A stretch of DNA of 35,512 nt, taken from NCBI GenBank assembly GCA_902783925.1, contig CACZSV010000167.1:1-35512 (forward strand), written 5' to 3'. Each line of letters opens with the position of its first letter. Positions within the stretch are counted from its first letter, which is position 1. The position numbers and the translations under genes were made by a program. Below, piece after piece: positions 9,154-16,003 of the stretch. The notes below the pieces were generated by a model, which was not told where the DNA came from, ran no database searches, and worked only from the letters and a program-made list of their open reading frames with translations. Origin of the DNA: an uncultured Coriobacteriaceae bacterium. Lineage in GTDB: Bacteria > Actinomycetota > Coriobacteriia > Coriobacteriales > QAMH01.

Positions 9154-9354
9154 ATGAAATTCGAGGACTTGTCACCAGAGCTTCAGGAAAAGGCCAAGGC
9201 CTGCAAGAACGCCGAAGAGCTTTTCAACCTGGCAAAAGCCGAAGGAATCGAACTCGGCGAAGAAGAGCTCGAGGCAATTAACGGCGGAATGGTCAGCGGC
9301 TGGAGCATCCCGGGTTGTCCGAAATTCGACGGCCACACCAAAAGGGTGAAATAA
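9154..9354 (+). CDS. Nif11-like double-glycine leader peptide (putative RiPP/bacteriocin precursor), 66 aa
   Basis: The ATG at 9154 is preceded by GGAAGGAG (9138..9145, 8-nt spacer). Leader: MKFEDLSPELQEKAKACKNAEELFNLAKAEGIELGEEELEAINGG, resembling Nif11/prochlorosin-type leaders (LQEKxKA, xAKxxGxxL, EELExxxGG). Putative core: MVSGWSIPGCPKFDGHTKRVK. Confidence 0.7.
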   Translation: MKFEDLSPELQEKAKACKNAEELFNLAKAEGIELGEEELEAINGGMVSGWSIPGCPKFDGHTKRVK

Positions 9355-9358
9355 GACA

Positions 9359-10288
9359 CTAACAGCACGCGTGTTCGAGCAGTGCCTCCTTAAGCACGGT
9401 TACGGCTCTCCACGCTGGAACGGAACTCGGTGTTCCGATGCTCACCTCGTAGCACGCGTGCTCCGAAAGCTTGACCCGCACAATCTGGCTGGGGTCCTTG
9501 AGCGCATCGTCGATCATGTTCGAGGGGGCAAACACAGCGCAGACTCCGCTGGCGCACGCCGCGAGCAAGGTGTTCAGGTATTCAGATATGAGCGCAATTC
9601 GTGGTTTGATTCCGTGCGCCCGCAACTCCGAATAGGCGATGCGTCCCGATATATCCTCTACCATGCCAATCCCAAATGGACATTCCTTCAAGGCGTCGAG
9701 GCCTTGCTCTTTGACGAGAGCACGGGCATCTTCGACAGAACGGCCCGTCACCTTGACCAATAGATCTTCATGAATTGCGAGCACAATCTCTTCTGATGCA
9801 AAGGGCACAACATCGACGCCCGGATGCGTCTCGCCAAATCGCGCGACAGCGAGATCTATCTCTGCTCGCTCGACCTTGCGCACGAGTTCCCTATTGGTCT
9901 CCTCGGTAAGTTCAAAGCAAATATCTGGAAGCTGCTCGCGAACACGCGCAACAACACAGGGCATGAGCGACTTTCCACGCATTTGCGGAACTCCCACCTT
10001 GAGAATTCCCGCGCTTCCACCGGTGACTTCTCCGATAGTGCGAATGAGATCTTGTTGCGCCTGCCTTTGTTCGTGCGCGTACAGCAAAAACGCGGTGCCC
10101 GCCGGCGTGAACGAGAGCGGCGTTCCGCGCTGAACGAGCTTGACGCCGAGCTCGTTTTCGAGTGCAGCCAGACGTGCCGAAAGCGTCTGTTGCGAGAGCT
10201 CGAGAGCCTTTGCCGCCTTGGTCACACTGCCCTCTTCGGAAAGCTTCACAAACCAATCCCAGGACTCAAGCGACATCATCCGCTCCAT
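9359..10288 (-). CDS. LysR-family transcriptional regulator
   Basis: N-terminal wHTH (WDWFVKLSEEGSVTKAAKALELSQQTLSARLAALENELGVKLVQR) followed by a LysR substrate-binding fold. The start is uncertain among ATGs at 10288, 10279 and 10276; the track start at 10405 looks over-extended. It is divergent from the TRAP operon. Confidence 0.85.
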   Translation of the reverse strand: MERMMSLESWDWFVKLSEEGSVTKAAKALELSQQTLSARLAALENELGVKLVQRGTPLSFTPAGTAFLLYAHEQRQAQQDLIRTIGEVTGGSAGILKVGVPQMRGKSLMPCVVARVREQLPDICFELTEETNRELVRKVERAEIDLAVARFGETHPGVDVVPFASEEIVLAIHEDLLVKVTGRSVEDARALVKEQGLDALKECPFGIGMVEDISGRIAYSELRAHGIKPRIALISEYLNTLLAACASGVCAVFAPSNMIDDALKDPSQIVRVKLSEHACYEVSIGTPSSVPAWRAVTVLKEALLEHACC

Positions 10289-10401
10289 CGACAATCTCGA
10301 AAACATGCACAAACTCTTAAAACGTAGAGGCAGTATAGCGAAACAAAACTGAAATTTCTTGTGGGTTGACCGAAAAAATTTGTGATTTGCCTCCACCTTG
10401 G

Positions 10402-10423
10402 CCAATTCTTCACGTAGAATTGG
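10402..10423. promoter_or_regulatory. perfect 8-N6-8 palindrome, candidate operator in LysR/TRAP divergent intergenic region
   Basis: CCAATTCT-TCACGT-AGAATTGG, about 75 nt upstream of the TAXI binding-protein start and about 115 nt upstream of the LysR start. Confidence 0.35.
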
Positions 10424-10496
10424 AGCCTAGCGTCTAAGCGTTCAATATGGAGGGATGCTGGCGCAGGTAAAGAAAACGCAGAGAAGGAGAACGAGT

Positions 10497-11531
10497 ATGA
10501 AGAGGAAGCTCATACCCATAGTCGCCATTAGCCTAATCGCAGCTCTCGCATTGTGCGTGACGGGCTGCGGTGGCAGCAGTGGAGGAAGCGCAAGCAAGAG
10601 CGCAAGCGCCTCGGGCAGTGCCAGTGGCAGCGCAAATGCCAAGACGGTTGATAACAACCTGCAATTCCTCACCGGCGGCGAGTCCGGCACCTATTACGCC
10701 TTTGGCACGGTTCTCGCCAACTATTGCACCAACAACACCCCCACGAAGGTAACGGCGCTTTCTGGCAACGGCTCGCAGGCCAATATCCAGGCGCTGCAGG
10801 ACGGCGATGCAAACATCGCATTCTGCCAGTCTGACGTTCTGGCCTACGCATACGATGGGACCAACCTGTTCAAGGATTCCGGTGCCTACAAGGACTTCTC
10901 CGTTGTCGGCACCCTCTATCAGGAGCAGGTCCAGATCGTGACCACCAATCCTGATATCAAGACGGTCGCAGACCTCAAGGGCAAGACCGTCTCCGTTGGC
11001 GCCACGGGCTCCGGCGTCTACTTCAATGCTGTCGACATCCTCGGTGCATATGACCTGACCGTCAACGACCTCAACGCTGTCTATCAGAACTTCGCCGATT
11101 CCACCGATTCTCTCAAGAACGGCAAGATCGACGCAGCATTTGTCGTAGCAGGCGCTCCGACCACGTCGATCACAGATCTCTCCACTGCAAAGAAGTGCTA
11201 TCTGGTCTCACTTGACGACGCACATATTGAGAAGTTGCTCGCTTCTTCGCCGTACTATGCAAAGGCCACGATTCCGGCCAGCGCATACGGCCTCGATTCC
11301 GACACCACCACCGTGTCTGTTGGTGCTGTCATCATCGCGAACAACAACGTTTCCGAAGAAGCCGTCTACAACTTCATCTCCTCTGTCTTCGCAGGAGCCA
11401 AAGCGCAGCCCAATGCACACGCCAAATACGCTGAGCTCGACATTAACACCGCAGCCGCAATCAAGGGCGTGCCGTATCACACCGGCGCAGCGAAGTATTA
11501 CAGCGAGCAGGGCATCACGGTCGCTAAGTAA
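10497..11531 (+). CDS. TAXI-family TRAP transporter solute-binding lipoprotein
   Basis: The ATG at 10497 has a GAAGGAGA RBS. Signal peptide and lipobox (LALCVTGC), an S/G/A linker, then LTGGESGTYYAFGTVLA and KGKTVSVGATGSGVY, typical of TAXI receptors. Confidence 0.88.
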   Translation: MKRKLIPIVAISLIAALALCVTGCGGSSGGSASKSASASGSASGSANAKTVDNNLQFLTGGESGTYYAFGTVLANYCTNNTPTKVTALSGNGSQANIQALQDGDANIAFCQSDVLAYAYDGTNLFKDSGAYKDFSVVGTLYQEQVQIVTTNPDIKTVADLKGKTVSVGATGSGVYFNAVDILGAYDLTVNDLNAVYQNFADSTDSLKNGKIDAAFVVAGAPTTSITDLSTAKKCYLVSLDDAHIEKLLASSPYYAKATIPASAYGLDSDTTTVSVGAVIIANNNVSEEAVYNFISSVFAGAKAQPNAHAKYAELDINTAAAIKGVPYHTGAAKYYSEQGITVAK

Positions 11532-11570
11532 ACAGCCTAGCTAGCGAGCGCGTGCTTTTGTCTCGATTGT

Positions 11571-11614
11571 CCAGGGTCACAATGGCCGTACACCATTGTG
11601 ACCCTGGGTATTTT
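11571..11614 (+). terminator. intercistronic stem-loop (attenuator or partial terminator) between the TRAP binding-protein and permease genes
   Basis: A perfect 15-bp inverted repeat, CCAGGGTCACAATGG (11571..11585) and CCATTGTGACCCTGG (11593..11607), with a 7-nt loop, followed by GTATTTT. Confidence 0.5.
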
Positions 11615-11718
11615 GAGAGCAATTCTGCTCTGCGCGTTTTCTCCAGCTTGTGAAGAAGGCGCGCAGAACCGAATTGAACTGCTCGCGACAAAGATCCGAT
11701 GCAGGCATGGAGGGCGTA

Positions 11719-13857
11719 ATGAGACTATTCAAGAAAAAAGACGAGGCGGTCGTCGAAGACCTGCCGGCAGTCACAGCAGAAAGCGGCGACGTCGACACCG
11801 ACGACATCATGCGCAAATACGACAAGGAGTCGAACACGCGCATATGGGAGGGCATCCCCAAGATCGTGGTTACGGCGCTCTTGATTGCCTTTTCCATCTA
11901 CTGTTTGCTTATGACCCTGCTCTCGACCGAGCAGGCAGAAGCACGGTTGGCCCGTTTTCTGGCCTTCGTCATCCTGATTGGCTACATGATGTACCCAATC
12001 AGAAAGACCGGCCACAGGGTGAACCACATTCCCATTTACGACATCATCCTCGCCCTCATGGGTTTTGTGCCGTTTATGTACTTCGCAATTAACGTAACGC
12101 CTATTCTGCTCATGGGCACGCGCATTACCCCGATGCTTGTCGCATTCGGCGTCATGGGCCTCATAAGCCTGGCAGAGCTCTGCCGCAGGTGCGTAGGCGT
12201 CCCCATCATCATTGTCGTAGGTTGTTTGCTCGTCTACGCCTTCTATTTCCAGCTCTCGCATAACCCCGACATGTATAAGGCACTTTCGAACGTTGTCCAG
12301 AAGCTCTTCTACACAACGAGCGGCGTCATAGGCACACCGACAAATGTCTGTTACACCTATATCGTGTTATTCATCATCTTTGGCGCGTTCTTGGAACGCA
12401 CCGGCATCGCCAATTTCTTTATCTCGCTTGCTAACCGCATCGCCGGCTGGTCGAGTGGCGGCGCGGCAAAGGTCGCGGTTATCTCGTCTGCGCTCTGCGG
12501 TATGGTCTCTGGATCGTCCGTTGGCAACACGGTAACCACGGGCTCGGTCACCATCCCCATGATGAAGAAGACAGGGTACAAGCCAGAATTTGCCGGAGCA
12601 GTCGAGGCCGCATCGTCCACAGGCGGACAGATCATGCCGCCAATTATGGGCGCGGCGGCATTTCTGATGGCAGAGTACATGGGCGTCCCTTACATCCAGG
12701 TAGCCGCCATAGCCATCATCCCCGCCCTTCTCTATTTCACCGGCATTTTCTGCGCAGTGCATCTGGAGGCGAAGAAGCTTAGCTTGCGCGGCATGCCCAA
12801 AGAAGAGCTTCCCAAGTGGAAATTCCTTGCCAAGAACTGCTACTTGCTTTTGCCGCTGGTGCTGCTCGTATGGCTCGTCTCCGCCAATGTGTTTACCATG
12901 GCAATGTCGGCTGCAATATCCATCCTCTCGGCCTTTGTCATCGGCTTTATTCACTTTGTGCAAACCAATTGGGAAGAGCGCTCCGAGGGCGAGACTTTTG
13001 GGATGATTCTGCTCGATTCGACCCGTACCGCCGTTTGGACTGCGGGCGATGCCTTTGCAGCTGGCGCAAAGAACTCCATCGGCGTCGCCGTCGCATGCGG
13101 TATGGCGGGCCTCATTGCTGGATGCATCACCGTGACGGGCCTCGCATCAACGCTCATTAACGTTATCGTCATCGCCGCGGGCGATTACCTCATCATCGGC
13201 CTGTTGCTTACCATGCTGTGCTGCATCGTGCTCGGCATGGGCGTGCCCACAACGGCGAACTACTGCATCATGGCAGCAACCTGCGCTCCCATTCTCATGC
13301 AGATGCAGGTTCCGCTAGTCTGCGCGCATTTCTTCGTTTTCTATTTTGGTATCCTCGCCGATATCACACCGCCCGTCGCCCTTGCGGCGTTTGCGGGCAG
13401 CGCAATCGCTAAATCGCGGCCAATGATAGCCGCTCTCAACGCAAGCCGCCTGGCCATTGCCGCCTATATCGTTCCGTTTATATTTGCCTACTATCCCTCC
13501 CTCATTGCGCAAGGAGACATTCCTATAGTGCTTGTCATTGCAAACACCGCCATGGCTATGATCGGCCTATTTGGCGTTGCAGCAGGTCTCAACGGCTACC
13601 TCATGGGCAAAATTAACCCGATCTTTCGCGCGGTACTCATCGTCGGTGGCGTCATGTTCATGATTCCCCTTTCTGGTGCCATGGGTACCGAGGTCATCGT
13701 ATGCAACGCCGTCGGTGCCGCGCTCGTAGCCGCCATCGCCGTCTTGCAAAAGGTTCTCAATAAGAACAAACCTGCACCACTGCAGGCAGAGGCCGACGAA
13801 AAGTCGGAATCGAAAGAGACTGACGTGCAACCGGAATCGAACACTGATCAGCAGTAA
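11719..13857 (+). CDS. TAXI-type TRAP transporter fused permease (DctQ-DctM-like)
   Basis: About 712 aa and polytopic. The N-terminus IMRKYDKESNTRIWEG is typical of fused TAXI permeases. The ATG at 11719 is preferred (GGAGGG 5 nt upstream); alternatives are 11707 and 11650. Confidence 0.88.
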   Translation: MRLFKKKDEAVVEDLPAVTAESGDVDTDDIMRKYDKESNTRIWEGIPKIVVTALLIAFSIYCLLMTLLSTEQAEARLARFLAFVILIGYMMYPIRKTGHRVNHIPIYDIILALMGFVPFMYFAINVTPILLMGTRITPMLVAFGVMGLISLAELCRRCVGVPIIIVVGCLLVYAFYFQLSHNPDMYKALSNVVQKLFYTTSGVIGTPTNVCYTYIVLFIIFGAFLERTGIANFFISLANRIAGWSSGGAAKVAVISSALCGMVSGSSVGNTVTTGSVTIPMMKKTGYKPEFAGAVEAASSTGGQIMPPIMGAAAFLMAEYMGVPYIQVAAIAIIPALLYFTGIFCAVHLEAKKLSLRGMPKEELPKWKFLAKNCYLLLPLVLLVWLVSANVFTMAMSAAISILSAFVIGFIHFVQTNWEERSEGETFGMILLDSTRTAVWTAGDAFAAGAKNSIGVAVACGMAGLIAGCITVTGLASTLINVIVIAAGDYLIIGLLLTMLCCIVLGMGVPTTANYCIMAATCAPILMQMQVPLVCAHFFVFYFGILADITPPVALAAFAGSAIAKSRPMIAALNASRLAIAAYIVPFIFAYYPSLIAQGDIPIVLVIANTAMAMIGLFGVAAGLNGYLMGKINPIFRAVLIVGGVMFMIPLSGAMGTEVIVCNAVGAALVAAIAVLQKVLNKNKPAPLQAEADEKSESKETDVQPESNTDQQ

Positions 13858-13866
13858 GGAGCTCCC

Positions 13867-14712
13867 ATGAGCGAGGCAAAAACAATCTGGGTCACCGGAG
13901 CAAGCGGGTTTATCGGCTCTGAAGTCGTCGAGCGGCTGGGCGCCCTGGGGCACAATGTCGTTGGCACGGACCTCGAAGTCTCGGTTTGCGACCCCGAGCG
14001 TCTCGAAGCGTTTGCAGAAGCCTGCAGCCCAGAAGTCATCATCAACTGCGCCGGGCTGCCACGCGCCGCCTTGAACAGCCTTGGCAACCGCGTGAAGGCA
14101 TACGAGACCAACGCGCTGGGAGCAGGCAATGTGGCCGTGGTAGCAAACGCACTTGGCGCCAAGCTGGTGCAGATTTCCACAGATGATGTTTTTCCAACCC
14201 GCATGGCCGAGCCGGCAAACGAATTCGATACCCCTCATCCAGAAAAACCGTATGGAAAATCGAAGCGCGCCGGCGAAGCAATTGTGCGAAACAGTGCGCC
14301 CAACCACATCATCATCCGCTCCTCATGGGTGTATTCACGCCGCGGGGGAATACTAAAAGATCTGCTTGATGCTGTTGAATCCGGGCGTAAGGCAGAGACG
14401 AGAACAGACCAGTACAACAGCCCGACCTCCATACGCACCTACGTCAATTTCATTGCACGCGCAATTGAGACCAACGCAACCGGCATTTTCCACATTACGA
14501 GCATAGGATGCATAAACCGCTACGAATTTGCCGCAAAAGCGCTGGAGATCTGCGGCTACGACCCCGGCGCATGGCTTATCCCCACCACGGATTTGGTCAC
14601 CGCAGAGAAGGTTCAATTAGAAAGCCTCATGCTCGAGATGTTCGGTGCGAACCTGCCCACTTGGGAAGAAGACCTGCAGGGATATTTGGAAGAAGTCGGT
14701 CTCGCCAAATAG
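13867..14712 (+). CDS. SDR-family NAD(P)-dependent reductase, RmlD (dTDP-4-dehydrorhamnose reductase)-like
   Basis: 281 aa with VTGASGFIGSEV Rossmann, VIINCAG, QISTDDVF and PYGKSKRAGE (YxxxK) motifs. The AAGGAG RBS overlaps the permease stop. No rmlABC genes are nearby. Confidence 0.75.
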   Translation: MSEAKTIWVTGASGFIGSEVVERLGALGHNVVGTDLEVSVCDPERLEAFAEACSPEVIINCAGLPRAALNSLGNRVKAYETNALGAGNVAVVANALGAKLVQISTDDVFPTRMAEPANEFDTPHPEKPYGKSKRAGEAIVRNSAPNHIIIRSSWVYSRRGGILKDLLDAVESGRKAETRTDQYNSPTSIRTYVNFIARAIETNATGIFHITSIGCINRYEFAAKALEICGYDPGAWLIPTTDLVTAEKVQLESLMLEMFGANLPTWEEDLQGYLEEVGLAK

Positions 14713-14750
14713 CGGTCAGGGCGAAGGATGCATCTTTAGTCGCTATCTCC

Positions 14751-14826
14751 GAGCATCTGGAGAGCCTTCTCCGAGCATCTGGAGAGCCTTCTCCGATCAT
14801 CTGGAGAGCCTTCTCCGATCATCCGG
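14751..14826. repeat. 22-nt tandem direct repeat, about 3.5 copies
   Basis: GAGCATCTGGAGAGCCTTCTCC at 14751 and 14773 (identical). GATCATCTGGAGAGCCTTCTCC at 14795 (1 mismatch). Partial GATCATCCGG at 14817. The period is not a multiple of 3. Confidence 0.9.
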
Positions 14827-15004
14827 AACACAGGTTGTGAATATACGTACAACCTATGTCATCTGAAGCCCCGGATTTACACGGGCTACGGGCAATCGCA
14901 TAAGCTGAGTCGTTTCTGCATCAAATGAGTGGGGCGCGGATCTGCGTCCGCGCGAAGCTAGAGCCTTTCGTAACGAAAGGCTGGGCGCCGCACGGACCTC
15001 TCGT

Positions 15005-15206
15005 CCCGGCTGCGGCTGTTCACCTTCTGGGATTCCGGCCGAAGGTGCAGGGATTCCAGCTCCCGGGCCGTGCACCTTTTGTCTCCGGGGGCAAAGGTGT
15101 ATAGATCGTCCGGCTGCGGCCGTGCACCTTCTGCACCTGCGAGCAAAGGTGTGTGGCTTGCCCGGCTGCGGCCGTGCACCTTCTACTGTTTCGGCCAAAG
15201 GTGTAC
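15005..15206. repeat. four imperfect direct repeats of about 47-57 nt, each able to form a CACCTT/AAGGTG hairpin
   Basis: Units start at 15005, 15062, 15109 and 15161. The 23-mer CCGGCTGCGGCCGTGCACCTTCT is identical at 15110..15132 and 15162..15184. Each unit then has 11-13 variable nt followed by (A)AAGGTG, which is complementary to the CACCTT(T) just upstream. Confidence 0.85.
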
Positions 15207-15319
15207 GGGGCTTGCGGCCTGGCTGGATTACCGACGGAGCGGCGCGCCCCATGCCCTTCAGGTGTACATAACGGTTGCTCGTAGAACTGCAGCGGGATGC
15301 AGGGACCGCGCCCCGCAAT

Positions 15320-16003
15320 CTACCCGTTCTCGCGAAGCTCCTGACGAGTGAGACGAACTAAGCGAGCCGGAGTGCTCATCAACGCGAGCGCAGCATCGAT
15401 AAACTTATCGGGCCGCAGGGCCCCTTCGTTACCTTGGAATGTCGAAAAACGCATGACGACACACGTATCTTCGGCTGAAAATACCGGGGCTTCGATTAAA
15501 CGGCCTTCAAATGCAACCTGCTTGACCTTTTCTGCACGTCCTTTTCTTTTGATGACCTCGATATAGCCTTTTTCGAGTAGCTCTCCAAAGGCGCAACGGA
15601 GCGCCTCGAGCATTTCCCGCACATCCCCATCACAAGAAAACTCTGCCTCCCACAGGCTCAGGGGATATGTCACGTCGATTGCGTCCGCACGGACGTCGAC
15701 ATAGAAGCATTCGAGGGGCATAAGATTGCGCGGCGCGGCCAATTGCAGGCGCTCGAGCGCGCGTTCCGCATCGATATAGCTCTGCAAACGGACATCGAGG
15801 TATTCTCCTGCGGAACCTGCGCCAACGGGCAGCGCAGGGCCAAAAGCGACCTTCATATGTGGACTGAACCCTTCGGTCACAGCAAAGGGCAATCCAGCAC
15901 GACGAACCACGCGCTCCATGGAGCGAATGGTCTCGAGATGAGACAAATACGCGAGGCGGCCGCGAATCTCGTACTTAACCCTGAGGCGGAACCCATCGCT
16001 CAT
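15320..16003 (-). CDS. TIGR03936-type radical SAM-associated protein (DUF2344)
   Basis: The track ORF is over-extended. The ATG at 16003 overlaps the stop of the upstream radical SAM gene (ATGA) and has a GGAGG RBS. MSDGFRLRVKYEIRGRLAYLSHLETIRSMERVVRRAGLPFAVTEGFSPHMKV is characteristic of this family. Confidence 0.8.
   Translation of the reverse strand: MSDGFRLRVKYEIRGRLAYLSHLETIRSMERVVRRAGLPFAVTEGFSPHMKVAFGPALPVGAGSAGEYLDVRLQSYIDAERALERLQLAAPRNLMPLECFYVDVRADAIDVTYPLSLWEAEFSCDGDVREMLEALRCAFGELLEKGYIEVIKRKGRAEKVKQVAFEGRLIEAPVFSAEDTCVVMRFSTFQGNEGALRPDKFIDAALALMSTPARLVRLTRQELRENG

Noticed and set aside
15005-15206. Possible CRISPR array, seen as a 23-nt repeat with ~29-nt 'spacers'.
   Set aside because: There are only four units with irregular period (57, 47 and 52 nt). 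The 'spacers' share a conserved AAAGGTG segment that pairs with the repeat. The first two repeats are degenerate, and there are no cas genes. It is better described as hairpin-type tandem repeats.
14854-15318. A 154-aa minus-strand ORF spanning the repeat region, and the overlapping 93-aa plus-strand ORF at 15070..15351.
   Set aside because: The frame is held open only by GC-rich repeat DNA. The product is Arg/Pro/Gly/Ala-rich with no motif, RBS or start context. The repeat periods are not multiples of 3.
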